Origin: Sphingomicrobium sp.
Lineage (GTDB): Bacteria; Pseudomonadota; Alphaproteobacteria; Sphingomonadales; Sphingomonadaceae
Assembly (NCBI GenBank): GCA_035944075.1
Contig: DASZBO010000017.1
Span: 13,090-77,089, forward strand
Direction: 5' to 3'
Length of the DNA stretch: 64,000 nucleotides
Part shown: positions 28,364 to 38,451 of the stretch, piece by piece
How positions within the stretch are numbered: position 1 is the stretch's first letter
Layout: every line of letters begins with the position of its first letter
Translations under genes and position numbers: made by a program
Notes under the pieces: model-generated
Databases searched by the model: none
The model's input: only the letters and a program-made list of their open reading frames with translations
Told to the model about the DNA's origin: nothing

Positions 28364-29855
28364 CGGTGTCGAACAAAACTGCGCGCACTGTTGCGATGAG
28401 AATCCATATGTCGAGCCAGAATGACCAGTGATCGACATAATGCTTGTCAAGCTCGACACGGCGCCTGGCCCGTTCGATCGTACGAACTTCGCCGCGGAGG
28501 CCCTTGACCTGGGCATAGCCGGTGATCCCGGGCTTGACCCGGTGGCGGCCCGCATAACCCCGAACCGCCTCGTGGTAGAAACGGTCGCCTACCATCATTT
28601 CCGTACCGTGAGGGCGGGGCCCGACCAACGACATGCTGCCCAAAAGCACGTTGAAGAGCTGGGGAAGCTCATCGACACTGAATCGGCGAAGAAACCGGCC
28701 AACGGGAGTGACCCGCGGGTCATCGCGCGTCGTCGTCTGGCGGGCGCCGACATCCGCCATGTGCGTGTACATCGTCCGGAACTTGAAGACGTTTATCGTT
28801 TCATTGTTGAAGCCGACCCGAGGCTGCACGAAGAGCATCGGACCTGGGCTGCTCAGCCGGACGAGGAGCGCCGTTACAAGGAGGAGCGGCGACAAAACGA
28901 GAAGAGCAAGCGAGCTTAACGCAATGTCTTCCGCCCGTTTAACCACCTGGTTCATGTCACGAAACGGTCGCTGCCATAACGTCAAGACTGGAACGGTCCC
29001 GAGTAAGTTCACGCGATAGTTCGGAGAAAGTTCAACGGCTTGCCGGGGTATCAGCGATACATCTACCGCGACTTCGCTCAGCCCCTCGACGATCTGTTCG
29101 AGACGCTTGGGGCTGAACTTGCTCCCACTGATCAGGACCTGATCCAGTTCTCCCCTCCGCGCCATGTCGCACAGGTTTCGAAGGTCGCCGAGCAGAGGGA
29201 GGTCAGCGATCGGCGTTACGCGAGACCGGTCGTCCGCAATCCCGACGAAGCGCAAATGAGGAAAGTGAAGGGACTCGAGGAGCTGCTTGCTGAGCGCAAC
29301 AGACTCCGGATCAGCCCCGTAAAAAGCGATGCGTTGCTCAATCTGTCCGCGTTGAGCGAGACGAGTGATCAAGCGATTGACCAAGGGGCGAGACACCGAC
29401 AGGAACAGAACGACGCTGATCGTGAAGATGAGCGTGATCCCGCGCGAATAATGCTCGATGAGCCCGGCGAGCCAGATCAGCGCCGAAGCAATGAGGCTGC
29501 TAATAACCGCGTCGAACGTCGTATCGCTGCTATCTCGAAGATCGAGGAGGCTGCGACGATAGGCCTGTCGCGAAATGCGAATGAGCAGGAAACTGCCGAG
29601 CATCAGGATGAATGCGGTGACGTGTACAGATATGATGAGACGCGATCCCCGCAACAACGAATACGTTGCAAGCGTGATCGGCGCACTGACCAAGAAGCAG
29701 AGAATGTCGGCCACAAAGAAAAGTGAGCCGACCACGTTTGAAGTGAATCGAAGCTTCTGCTTTTGTGGCCGGTGGACCTCCGCCACGATCGCGGCCGTTT
29801 CGTCAGGCGCCGGTTCGGCCGATTCCGGCAGAATAGGGTTGTCGTCGATACGCAT
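28353..29855 (-). CDS. Priming undecaprenyl-phosphate sugar phosphotransferase (WcaJ/GelB-like)
   Basis: TM N-terminus, KRAEDI, FKFRTM, DPRVTPVGRFLRRFSVDELPQLFNVL.GSMSLVGPRP, KPGITGYAQV. Confidence 0.93.
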   Translation of the reverse strand: MRIDDNPILPESAEPAPDETAAIVAEVHRPQKQKLRFTSNVVGSLFFVADILCFLVSAPITLATYSLLRGSRLIISVHVTAFILMLGSFLLIRISRQAYRRSLLDLRDSSDTTFDAVISSLIASALIWLAGLIEHYSRGITLIFTISVVLFLSVSRPLVNRLITRLAQRGQIEQRIAFYGADPESVALSKQLLESLHFPHLRFVGIADDRSRVTPIADLPLLGDLRNLCDMARRGELDQVLISGSKFSPKRLEQIVEGLSEVAVDVSLIPRQAVELSPNYRVNLLGTVPVLTLWQRPFRDMNQVVKRAEDIALSSLALLVLSPLLLVTALLVRLSSPGPMLFVQPRVGFNNETINVFKFRTMYTHMADVGARQTTTRDDPRVTPVGRFLRRFSVDELPQLFNVLLGSMSLVGPRPHGTEMMVGDRFYHEAVRGYAGRHRVKPGITGYAQVKGLRGEVRTIERARRRVELDKHYVDHWSFWLDIWILIATVRAVLFDTDAY

Positions 29856-31286
29856 CTAAATGAGCCCCCGCGCGAGTATTGCATCCCGCTGGTGGTCGAA
29901 CTCCTCCTGCAACTCGCGGGTTGCGTCCGCATCTCCCTTTCTTGTCGCTTGCAAAGCGGCGAACAGCCTTTCGTTTGCCGGAATGTCCTGGAACGCGCTC
30001 CACAAGGTGCGATTGACCCAAGCCGAATTTCCCTCGGCTTGATAGGTCCGAGCGAGCAGCAGACGATCTTTTGCTGAGTTTGGCAGCACCGTCGCCAGCT
30101 TCTCCGCATCGACGACCGCCGCTTTTGGCTGGCCGATGCGAAGTTCAAGTTCTGCGCGCGCGCGAAGAGCCGTTGCATTCCCTGGGTCAAACGCAATGAC
30201 GGCATCTAGGCGGCTTTTAGCCGGCCCTGTGTTGCCGATCGTCGCAAGGGCGTCGCCAAGGACTGCGTTGGCCTCGGCGTTCGCGGCGTTAACCGGCAGA
30301 GTTGCCGCTGATGAACTCAATCGAACTGCGTCTGCAGGACTGCCGACCCGACTGAGAAAGCTCGCGTAGGCCAGCCGCGACTGCAGACTTGTCGCTTGAG
30401 CTGCAAGGCTTCGCGCATCATCGATCCGCTGCTGTGAGGGCCAATACTCCTCCCAGAGCTCAAGAACTGAATTTACCAGTGCGGGGGGTGCACCGGTACT
30501 TAGGAGACGTCGTGACGCCGCGCGCGCGACCTCAATGTTGCCTGAACGCAAGCCCGCTTCGATGACGTTGAGTGCGTTCTTTGGATTTGCGGGGGAACGC
30601 TGGTTCAGGCGCTGCGCGACCGCGAGAAGGTTCGGCCAGTTGTCCTCTCGGTCGTATATCTGCGCGAGAAGCTCGAGGCTCCCAACATCTCCCGGCTGCG
30701 CCTCGGTTTGTTTGACGAGCAAATTTCTTGCGTCATCTTCCCGTTTTAACCCGATCAGCGCGCGTGCCTTCAGCGCTGTCGCGCTTGGGTCGTAGGGCGA
30801 GTTTGCGAGTATCGCGTCCGCCGCTGTCAGCGCCTCGTCGAAGTGCAATTCACTAATCGACGACCAGCCCTTGGTCAGTTTGGGCCAAGGATCGCCAGGT
30901 GAAAGGACCTCGAGTTCCTGAGCATGGCTCATGGCCGAAGGTAGATCTCCAGCGCGCAGGGCCAACTGGGTAACGGCACGGAGAACCTCGACGTTGCTCC
31001 GATCGAGTTCGTAGGCACGACTGAAGGCATAATAGGCGTCACTGTAGCTTCCGGTGAACGCCTCGAGCTTGCCGAGTTCCACCCAATAGTCCGGAACATC
31101 ATCCTTGGCCTGGACGAGCTGGAGGAGCGCGCGACGCTCACCCGCAAGATCGTCCGATGCCGTCGCGGTCTGATAGGCGCTGAGTGCGGCGCGCGCGCGC
31201 GCGTCCGACGACCTGCATCCGACCAACAGGCACGCCGCAGATAGGCAAGCGACAATGCGCAGGCTAAGATGCGTTTCAAACCGCAT
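29856..31286 (-). CDS. TPR-repeat lipoprotein (EPS/PEP-CTERM-associated)
   Basis: Lipobox LLVGC; repeated helical TPR-like units; directly abuts the priming transferase. Confidence 0.78.
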   Translation of the reverse strand: MRFETHLSLRIVACLSAACLLVGCRSSDARARAALSAYQTATASDDLAGERRALLQLVQAKDDVPDYWVELGKLEAFTGSYSDAYYAFSRAYELDRSNVEVLRAVTQLALRAGDLPSAMSHAQELEVLSPGDPWPKLTKGWSSISELHFDEALTAADAILANSPYDPSATALKARALIGLKREDDARNLLVKQTEAQPGDVGSLELLAQIYDREDNWPNLLAVAQRLNQRSPANPKNALNVIEAGLRSGNIEVARAASRRLLSTGAPPALVNSVLELWEEYWPSQQRIDDARSLAAQATSLQSRLAYASFLSRVGSPADAVRLSSSAATLPVNAANAEANAVLGDALATIGNTGPAKSRLDAVIAFDPGNATALRARAELELRIGQPKAAVVDAEKLATVLPNSAKDRLLLARTYQAEGNSAWVNRTLWSAFQDIPANERLFAALQATRKGDADATRELQEEFDHQRDAILARGLI

Positions 31287-31409
31287 TAAATCTCAACTCC
31301 AGGGGAAGGGATTATCCTTTCCTCAATTTAACAAGGCAATAGAGTGATAACCCGACTCAGCCTCTGGGGCTTACAGGTCGATGATGAATGTTTCAGAAAG
31401 GGACGCGTA

Positions 31410-32024
31410 GTGATCAAGCGAGCATTGTTGCTCATGATGTGCATTTGGGCTCTCGTGGGTCTCGGCGTCGAGACTGTGGCTCAGGCGCAACTATCAGTTC
31501 CGCCTTCCGCGACGGTCACCGGGACACCTTACCGCATCAATCCGGGGGACGAGCTCGAGATACACGTCTGGGGCGACGAGCGCCTTCAGCGCGACGTGCT
31601 TGTGCTCCCGGACGGGACGTTCGCCTTTCCGCTGGTAGGGCAGGTCAATGCTGCCGGCAGGCTGCCGAGCGAGCTAGAGCGCGTGATCACGGTCGGCCTT
31701 CAGCCGCAGTACAAGGGCCCAGTCCCGCAGGTCACGGTTTCCGTGAAGCGCGCAAGCGGGTACCAGTTCTCGGTCGTCGGAAAGGTGCGAAATCCGGGAA
31801 CTTTCACCCCTGGACGGTACGTTAATGTCCTGGAGGCACTCGCGATCGCCGGAGGACCTTCGGAATTTGCCAATTTGGGGGGAGCTCGCTTGATTAGAAA
31901 AGCTGGAGACCGGATGGTCGTACTTCCAGTCCGGCTACAAGACGCGCTCCGGGGGGACTCAATGAATCTGAGCCCTAATCAGATCCCGCGCATCGAAAGC
32001 GGTGATACGCTGGTGGTTCCCTGA
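31410..32024 (+). CDS. wza: Polysaccharide export protein (Wza/GelD-like, Poly_export + SLBB)
   Basis: YRINPGDELEIHVW, VLPDGTFAFPLVG, VVGKVRNPG, GDTLVVP; GTG start with RBS. Confidence 0.9.
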   Translation: MIKRALLLMMCIWALVGLGVETVAQAQLSVPPSATVTGTPYRINPGDELEIHVWGDERLQRDVLVLPDGTFAFPLVGQVNAAGRLPSELERVITVGLQPQYKGPVPQVTVSVKRASGYQFSVVGKVRNPGTFTPGRYVNVLEALAIAGGPSEFANLGGARLIRKAGDRMVVLPVRLQDALRGDSMNLSPNQIPRIESGDTLVVP

Positions 32025-33298
32025 TGAGTAGCCTGGCTCTGGTCGCGGTTCTCGCCGCTCAAGCGGCAACGCAGACGGGTGCACCTCCGCCCGCTCCTGG
32101 CACAGCCGCAGACGGTACCACGGCACCGACGACGCACGCGGGTCAGTCCACCTACGTGGATCTCGAGGCAGGAGCTGGCTACTCAACCAATCCCGTCCTT
32201 TCGGTCGGCAGCAATTCGGGCTCCGCCTTTGGCCGGCTCTCGGCCCATGCGGTGCATACCCGAACCACTGATCGGACGACCACCGTTGTATCTGGATTTG
32301 CGCAAAGTGTCTTCTACACGAACGGCTTAAATTCAGCGCAATCGTTTGATCTTAACGGAAGACACCAAGCTGCCGTTAATGAAAAGTTGCGCCTCTTCGT
32401 GGACGGCGATTTTGCCTTCGATCGGGGAGGGCAACTCGATACGCGGATCCTCAGCGTTCCCGATTTATCTCTTTTGTCGGGGTCGACCGTCCCACCTGCT
32501 CAGTTCGCGCGGGGAAGCGATTTCCTGAGTGTCACGGGCAAGACGTATCGCGCCGGCGCCCACATCGGTGGACAGCTCGTTCTGGGTCCTCGAGATAGCT
32601 TCGATTTCTCTACTGGTATCGATCATAGCACCTTCAGGAACGGCCTCTTTGATACCCGTTCCACGACCATACCCGCATCAATCGGCTACGACCGGCAACT
32701 GAACGAGCGCACCTCCGTGGGAACTCGAGTGGTTGCGCAGTTCACGCATTACAGTGGAGTCATTCTCAACGGCGCGCGCAACTTTCGCGTGATTACGCCG
32801 GACGTTACCGGGCAAATCCGACTCTCCGAGAAACTGAAGTTTAGCGGCGATGTCGGCGTGTCCTTCTCGTCTGTTGACGACGGCCTTCTTACAAGGCACT
32901 CGACCGGAGTTACCGCAGATGCGAACCTATGCTCCGCAACTGAGCGCACGCAATTTTGTGGCCAACTATCACTTCAGCAGCAGGCTGCCACATCTGTAGG
33001 CCCTGCGCGGGTCATGAGCGCCGGGATGGATTATTCAAGGCGCCTTGGCTCAAGTGATACGATCCAGTTTTCGTTGAGTGCTGTTCGATATTCGAACCCT
33101 ATTCTAGTTGTGGCTGTACCGAGCTTCGCCCACGCAACCTATGTGCGGGTCGCCGCTGATTACTCACGAAAAGTGGGAAACCGATTGTACGGTGGCGTGG
33201 ACCTAGCAGCTCGTAAAATTACCCAACACGGGCCGGGGCCGGACACGGACCTTAGCGCCGCGGTATTCATCCGATATCGGCTTGGTGACGTCGAATAA
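32024..33298 (+). CDS. Putative outer-membrane beta-barrel of the EPS export operon
   Basis: Signal peptide, amphipathic strand pattern, terminal VFIRYRL; lies between wza and wzc. Confidence 0.7.
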   Translation: MSSLALVAVLAAQAATQTGAPPPAPGTAADGTTAPTTHAGQSTYVDLEAGAGYSTNPVLSVGSNSGSAFGRLSAHAVHTRTTDRTTTVVSGFAQSVFYTNGLNSAQSFDLNGRHQAAVNEKLRLFVDGDFAFDRGGQLDTRILSVPDLSLLSGSTVPPAQFARGSDFLSVTGKTYRAGAHIGGQLVLGPRDSFDFSTGIDHSTFRNGLFDTRSTTIPASIGYDRQLNERTSVGTRVVAQFTHYSGVILNGARNFRVITPDVTGQIRLSEKLKFSGDVGVSFSSVDDGLLTRHSTGVTADANLCSATERTQFCGQLSLQQQAATSVGPARVMSAGMDYSRRLGSSDTIQFSLSAVRYSNPILVVAVPSFAHATYVRVAADYSRKVGNRLYGGVDLAARKITQHGPGPDTDLSAAVFIRYRLGDVE

Positions 33299-34725
33299 TG
33301 GAACCTGAGATAATTGATCGCGGCGCCCCTGCGCCGACCTGGATGGTAAACCATCTACCCGTTATACTATGGCAGCGGCGTTACTACGTGCTTGTCTGCC
33401 TTATTGCGTTCGTTGCGGCGGCGGCGATTGCCGCATTTTCGCTCCCAACAACCTATCGTTCAACGGCGACGTTGCTCGTCCAGTCCCAGGATTTGCCCAC
33501 CACGCTTGTCGATGCGCCGACCAATGGTGCTATCGAACAGCGTATCGCCCGGATCCGCGAAAAAGTTCTGAGCCGTGGTGACCTTATTCAGCTGATCGAA
33601 CAGGAAGATCTATACATCAAGCAGCGACGGTCGCAGCCTCTGTCAAAGATCATCGAGGAGATGCGTCACTCAACGAGCGTCGGTGCCCTGTCGAGCGACA
33701 TCGGACAGCAGTCGGGTACACAAAACAACACCGTCGCCCTCGCAATGAGTTTCGACTATCCAGACCCGGTAAAGGCCCAAGCCGTCTTGCAGAGTTTTGT
33801 CACCAAATTTCTGAATATGGATAATGCCGATGTTGAAGATCAAGCAAACCTTACGGTGCGCTTCCTTCAGGATCAGGCGACTAAGCTTCAGACTCAGATC
33901 TCGGATATTGAGGCCCAGCTTACCACTCTCAAAGCGCGCAATGGATCGGCCTTGGCCAGTAATGGCGGTTCTCAACTAATTGATACCGGAAGCTTCAGCG
34001 CACAGATCACTGCTCTCCAAAACGAAAACCGGCAACTGATTGCGCAGAGCCGGCACCCCGCTCAGCGAAACGATGCTCTTGCGTCCGCCGAAGCTGCGCT
34101 AGCAGCCGCGCAATCCCAATATAGCGATACGCACCCCGACGTAATCGCCGCAAAGGAGCGAGTTGCGCAGCTCCGTCGCATGACCCAGAACTCCGGTGGC
34201 GACAGTACGACCCAGGAGCAGATTGCTGCAAATAACGCTGCAATCCATCAGCTGATGGATCAGCGCGACGCGACGCTGGCTCGTGCGAACGCAGCGACAG
34301 CGGGACAGGCAAGGGCGCCGGCGATTGAAGAGCAGGCCATGCAGCTCGAGAACCGCGCCAACACTCTTCGAACCCAATATCAGCAGATTTCAGAAAATCT
34401 CCTCAAGGCTCAGAACAGTGCGAGGATGGCCTCGGAGCAGCGCGCTGAACACCTCTCGCTCGTTGAGCCGGCCAATCTTCCGGATCGTCCCTTTTCACCC
34501 AATCGGCCGTTGTACATTGCGGCCGGCGCGGCTGCCGGGCTCGGTCTTGGGCTCCTCCTTGCGCTTGGGCTCGAAATTCTTAATCGACCGGTGCGGAGCC
34601 CACGGCAGATCCAGGACATGGGCTATCCAATGATCGGGGTCGTACCTCTTTTGAAAACCAAGACGAAAGCTCGTTCGGGACGTTTTCCCGCCTTCTTCTC
34701 GCGGGAGAAACGCATTGCAGCCTAG
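33298..34725 (+). CDS. Polysaccharide co-polymerase/chain-length determinant (Wzc N-terminal part, GumC/GelC-like)
   Basis: TM..YRSTATLLV, coiled coil, YSDTHPDV, VEPANLPDRPFSPNR-TM, IGVVP. Confidence 0.9.
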   Translation: MEPEIIDRGAPAPTWMVNHLPVILWQRRYYVLVCLIAFVAAAAIAAFSLPTTYRSTATLLVQSQDLPTTLVDAPTNGAIEQRIARIREKVLSRGDLIQLIEQEDLYIKQRRSQPLSKIIEEMRHSTSVGALSSDIGQQSGTQNNTVALAMSFDYPDPVKAQAVLQSFVTKFLNMDNADVEDQANLTVRFLQDQATKLQTQISDIEAQLTTLKARNGSALASNGGSQLIDTGSFSAQITALQNENRQLIAQSRHPAQRNDALASAEAALAAAQSQYSDTHPDVIAAKERVAQLRRMTQNSGGDSTTQEQIAANNAAIHQLMDQRDATLARANAATAGQARAPAIEEQAMQLENRANTLRTQYQQISENLLKAQNSARMASEQRAEHLSLVEPANLPDRPFSPNRPLYIAAGAAAGLGLGLLLALGLEILNRPVRSPRQIQDMGYPMIGVVPLLKTKTKARSGRFPAFFSREKRIAA

Positions 34726-35551
34726 CTCATTAGACGCAGTCCCGGACCGAACCGGGGATCTGAGGGAGGTTAGGACCACGCCGATATTCCCCAGTCGCGG
34801 TCAGGCGACCGAAATCGCTTGGAGTGGTGCGGCCTCCCGGCGACGCCTTGTCCATGGTTTTGACAGCCGCAACGCGAGTTCACGGAGCTTCAATCTGATC
34901 CGATCCAAGCTCGCCACGCTGCGCCGCGAGCGCGGCTGGCGGATGCTTGGCGTTGCGTCGGCCACGCCGAATGTCGGCAAGTCCTTTGTTTCGGCGAATC
35001 TGGCCGCCGCTATGAGCCGCGATCCGAGGCTCCAAACCTACCTCCTTGACCTCGATTTGAGGCGTGGAACGATCAAAGACATATTCGGGATCGAACCGGA
35101 CACGAGCATCGTCGAATATTTCGAAGGTACGCACCCGGGCGAAGTGCTTCGGGGTTATGTCCCGCAAGGCCAGGATCTGGTCATCATCCCTAGCATCACT
35201 GCCGAGGTTCATTCCGCTGAATTGCTTGCGAGTGATCGGGCGCAGGCGCTGTTTCGTGCGATGCACAATTCCGACAAGCGGAATTACTTTATCTGTGATC
35301 TTCCACCGGTGTTCGCGAACGACGATGCGTCCATCATCATGGAAGCCCTCGACGGTTATCTGATTGTTGCGCAGGACGGGAAAACGACCCAGCGCGAGAT
35401 CGAGGCAACGGTCAACATGCTTGGCCATGAGCGCCTCGCTGGAGTCGTCCTCAACAAGTATCGAGGAGGTCTGGTCAGCGAGGGCTATGGCGTCGAGGAA
35501 CGCTACGCGAGCGAATATTACGCGCGTTCATCCGAAGAATCGGACAACTAA
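34715..35551 (+). CDS. CpsD/CapB BY-kinase (split Wzc cytoplasmic domain)
   Basis: Walker A TPNVGKS, LLDLDLRR, ICDLPP, C-terminal Tyr cluster GYG..RY..EYY. Confidence 0.9.
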   Translation: MQPSSLDAVPDRTGDLREVRTTPIFPSRGQATEIAWSGAASRRRLVHGFDSRNASSRSFNLIRSKLATLRRERGWRMLGVASATPNVGKSFVSANLAAAMSRDPRLQTYLLDLDLRRGTIKDIFGIEPDTSIVEYFEGTHPGEVLRGYVPQGQDLVIIPSITAEVHSAELLASDRAQALFRAMHNSDKRNYFICDLPPVFANDDASIIMEALDGYLIVAQDGKTTQREIEATVNMLGHERLAGVVLNKYRGGLVSEGYGVEERYASEYYARSSEESDN

Positions 35552-35554
35552 GGC

Positions 35555-36370
35555 CTACTTACCGGGCGGCGCAAAGCCCGGCTGGTATTCGATTTTTGCC
35601 GACGCGCGGAGGCCTTTCACTCGGTCCTGGATGAGTTGGTTGGCCTGCTCCCGCTTCATAAGCGCCAGAGCCGCGGGACGAGCCTGTTCCGCAGGCGTCG
35701 GGTTTGGAGTGCGCTGAGTGATTACGCTGGCTACCGCCTTGTCAGCCCCATTCGCGATAAACGGCTCGCCCTGAGGGAGTTTGGCGATTTGCTTATAAAT
35801 GGGGTCAGGGAGAACCGCCGTGTCGAGCTTCCGCTCGCCCCTGGTGAACTGCAAGCCCGCCGACGTCAGGACCTGGCCCACTTCGTCCAGCGATTTGGCG
35901 GCATTGAGCTTGGCAATGACGCTCGCATCTTTCGGGAGCGGATAGACCAATTGCGAAAGGGTCCAGACTTCGCGGGCCGCGAAATCTCCTGGATGACTTG
36001 CTTCGAACTGGTTGATCTGATCCGCGGTCGGGACCTGGGCCGTGTTCAGGCGACGAGAGAGCAGCATATTCATGAGCAGGTCGTCGGTCGTGCGCCGCAA
36101 CTGCGTCAAATACTCAGGAGACTTGTCGATACCGTCGGACTTTGCCTGTTGAACGAGGAGCTTGCGGTTTATGAGGTTTTGTAGAGCCGCGTTACGGGCC
36201 TGCTTCGTGTCGCCTACACCCGCATTCTGCTCACTCGCTAGCTCTGAATTGAGCTCCGACGCCGTGATCTCCTCGCCGTTTACGACAGCGACTGTTTGAC
36301 CAGACGCCTTCTTCTGACACGAAGTTACGGCTAACGCAGCAAGTGCAGTGACGATAATATACTGACGCAT
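35555..36370 (-). CDS. epsD: EpsD-family peptidyl-prolyl isomerase-like lipoprotein
   Basis: Lipobox AVTSC, GQTVAVVNGEEITASEL, ALQNLINRKLLVQQA, ASAKIEYQPGF. Confidence 0.82.
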   Translation of the reverse strand: MRQYIIVTALAALAVTSCQKKASGQTVAVVNGEEITASELNSELASEQNAGVGDTKQARNAALQNLINRKLLVQQAKSDGIDKSPEYLTQLRRTTDDLLMNMLLSRRLNTAQVPTADQINQFEASHPGDFAAREVWTLSQLVYPLPKDASVIAKLNAAKSLDEVGQVLTSAGLQFTRGERKLDTAVLPDPIYKQIAKLPQGEPFIANGADKAVASVITQRTPNPTPAEQARPAALALMKREQANQLIQDRVKGLRASAKIEYQPGFAPPGK

Positions 36371-36453
36371 GAAAATGCCCCGTTGAAAAAGAGATTGGTT
36401 GGGCCATAGCATGCAGGTTTGAAGCGTTCTACAGCGGTAATCACGAGGGTCGC

Positions 36454-36708
36454 ATGTCGTCAATTTATGACTGGGTATCGCTCGCGATCTTCGCGGGACT
36501 GATCGTGCTTTTCCTACAGCGATCGACTGGCAATGGCGACGAGAGAGACGTGTCGCTACTATATTATCTTGGCGCGGGGGCCGCCTGCGCTGTGGCGAAT
36601 TATCTCGGCAACCACGGGCAAGACCTAGCCGCAATCGCGCTACTCGCGGCAACGGTCGCCTTCATCGTGATCTATTTGAAGCCGATTAAGCTGAAGCCGG
36701 GCTCTTAA
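36454..36708 (+). CDS. Exosortase V system accessory membrane protein
   Basis: IYDWVSLAIFAGLIVLFLQRS..YYL..CAVANYLGN pattern; adjacent to the exosortase and EpsI genes. Confidence 0.7.
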   Translation: MSSIYDWVSLAIFAGLIVLFLQRSTGNGDERDVSLLYYLGAGAACAVANYLGNHGQDLAAIALLAATVAFIVIYLKPIKLKPGS

Positions 36709-36732
36709 GCGGCATAAGCTTAACTTGGGCCT

Positions 36733-37425
36733 TCAGCCGGTGAATACCGGTCGCCGGCTCGGTGGGACCGAGTTCAGCATAGCTGATACGAACTGATCGA
36801 TCGTCTGAAGTGCAGTGTCGCCATCATTGCTGACTGTGGAAATGCGCACGAGGATCGCGTCCGGAATAACGCCTTTGAGATTCTGCTCCGCGACGGCCAG
36901 TTTTTGGTCCCGCCAAGTGGGTGGGATTTGGTCACCAACCCGCGTCCAATAAACGACATGCTCAACTGGTCCGCCGTTCGTGGCGTCCATCCGGTTTGCC
37001 GGAACAATCGTTCCGTTTACCGGAATTGGGTGCGGAGTGATCGGCGAGATCTCGTAACCTCCCGCCGTATAGCAGATTTCGGGGCGGTGGATTTGCAGAA
37101 ATCCGGTTTGGCTTCCGTTTTGTGCGACCAGCAGCATTATTGGTGGATTTTTTCCATCGACGTATATGCGCGTGAGAACTTGCGCGTAGATAAGTTTCTC
37201 AAATGGATCATCCGGTGGGACAACGAGGCCGCTCGCCGTTTCATATTTCCACTTGCCAATAGTTTTCGGGATCAGGACCTCGAGCTTGTCGGCTCCGAGA
37301 TAGTCGAGCTTGACCCGTGGACGTCGTAGATAGGCGAATGCTGCCGCGGAGCCGAACAGCAACCCCGTAAGGAATTTCCTGCGATCGGCCTCCGGCTGCG
37401 TAAAGCTGCCCAACACCGGCTTCAT
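36733..37425 (-). CDS. epsI: Exosortase-associated EpsI-family protein
   Basis: RRKFLTG N-terminus, IPKTIGKW, QIHRPEICYTAGGY, YWTRVG, LVRIST. Confidence 0.85.
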   Translation of the reverse strand: MKPVLGSFTQPEADRRKFLTGLLFGSAAAFAYLRRPRVKLDYLGADKLEVLIPKTIGKWKYETASGLVVPPDDPFEKLIYAQVLTRIYVDGKNPPIMLLVAQNGSQTGFLQIHRPEICYTAGGYEISPITPHPIPVNGTIVPANRMDATNGGPVEHVVYWTRVGDQIPPTWRDQKLAVAEQNLKGVIPDAILVRISTVSNDGDTALQTIDQFVSAMLNSVPPSRRPVFTG

Positions 37426-38318
37426 GCGTGCCGACGCTTCGTGATCTTGTCCACGACCGGGAATGTAATCTGGTCAATGGCGAATACCACGACGAGCGCC
37501 ACGGAGAACATGAGAAGTCCCGCAAAATCATGCACAAAGCCCTGAGCCACCGAGTCCCCGAAATAATAAGTAATGAGAACCAGAGCCAGGACGCGGACGA
37601 AGTTCGCAATGATCGCGATCGGGATGGCGGCGATCGCAATTACGAGAAAGGCGATCACGTCAGAGCGGTGCCTCAAATAAACGTAAAAGAGGCAGAGCGC
37701 CGTCAAGGTCACAATCGAATTGAGGCCAGCGCACGCTGCCGCTACCAGCAGTTGGTATTGACCGATTTGGATCGTTACGCCCGAACTTGCGACCGGGTAG
37801 CCCAACAGCTGTAAAGTTGAAACGGCCCAAGTGGAAATGGCAATCTTGATCGGCTGCGTAACGAAGGTGACGACGGTGTCCGGAGGCGGCAAGGCGAAGG
37901 CAAGATACACCAGTGGGAACCAGATGGCGCGCATGACGGATCCGCCAAAGATGAGGTATGCTCCGCTAATGAGTGAACCATACATGGCGAAGTCTTCAAC
38001 TTCGAGGACGCCGGTAATTCTCGCAACGATGAATCCTGCGAGCGCCAATGCAATACACGGAATCCCGATCGCCACCCGGCCTGTCCGGCGTTCGATAGCG
38101 TTCCCCTTAAGCTCGCGCCAGATTGCCCAAAGTCCCGTCGCGAGCACGAGAGGTCCGTGTCCGCCCTGCTCGGTCGTCCAGGTTTCTGTGGCGACATCGT
38201 ACATAGTTGGGACGGCCAAAAGTAGGCATCCGACTCCCAGCACAATGTCTGCCCCATTGACGAGGGGGCGCTGTGATGGCGGAACCTGCACAAGTGAACT
38301 TGGACTTTCGAAATTCAC
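37422..38318 (-). CDS. xrtV: Exosortase (XrtV-like)
   Basis: Multi-TM; GHGPLV; catalytic Cys (VAAACAGLNS), Arg (ANFVRV) and His (VHDFAG). Confidence 0.88.
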   Translation of the reverse strand: MNFESPSSLVQVPPSQRPLVNGADIVLGVGCLLLAVPTMYDVATETWTTEQGGHGPLVLATGLWAIWRELKGNAIERRTGRVAIGIPCIALALAGFIVARITGVLEVEDFAMYGSLISGAYLIFGGSVMRAIWFPLVYLAFALPPPDTVVTFVTQPIKIAISTWAVSTLQLLGYPVASSGVTIQIGQYQLLVAAACAGLNSIVTLTALCLFYVYLRHRSDVIAFLVIAIAAIPIAIIANFVRVLALVLITYYFGDSVAQGFVHDFAGLLMFSVALVVVFAIDQITFPVVDKITKRRHA

Positions 38319-38451
38319 CCGAACCCTCTCACATGCACCTCGCCAGCCACGCTAAACTTTCCGTTAGATCACCGCAAGTTGCTCGCGTCCCTCTCTGGGA
38401 CCGACGGGATTTTCTAGGTTATTCGCCCTCCAGACCGAGACCTGTTAGCTT

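Noticed and set aside
28364-28555. N-terminal extension of the WecB-SleB fusion
   Set aside because: Lies inside the priming transferase gene; ATG 28363 fits better
31288-31300. AATCTCAACTCC shared with about 57260-57272 (opposite strand)
   Set aside because: Here it is simply the RBS of the TPR gene read on the minus strand; only two copies, likely coincidence
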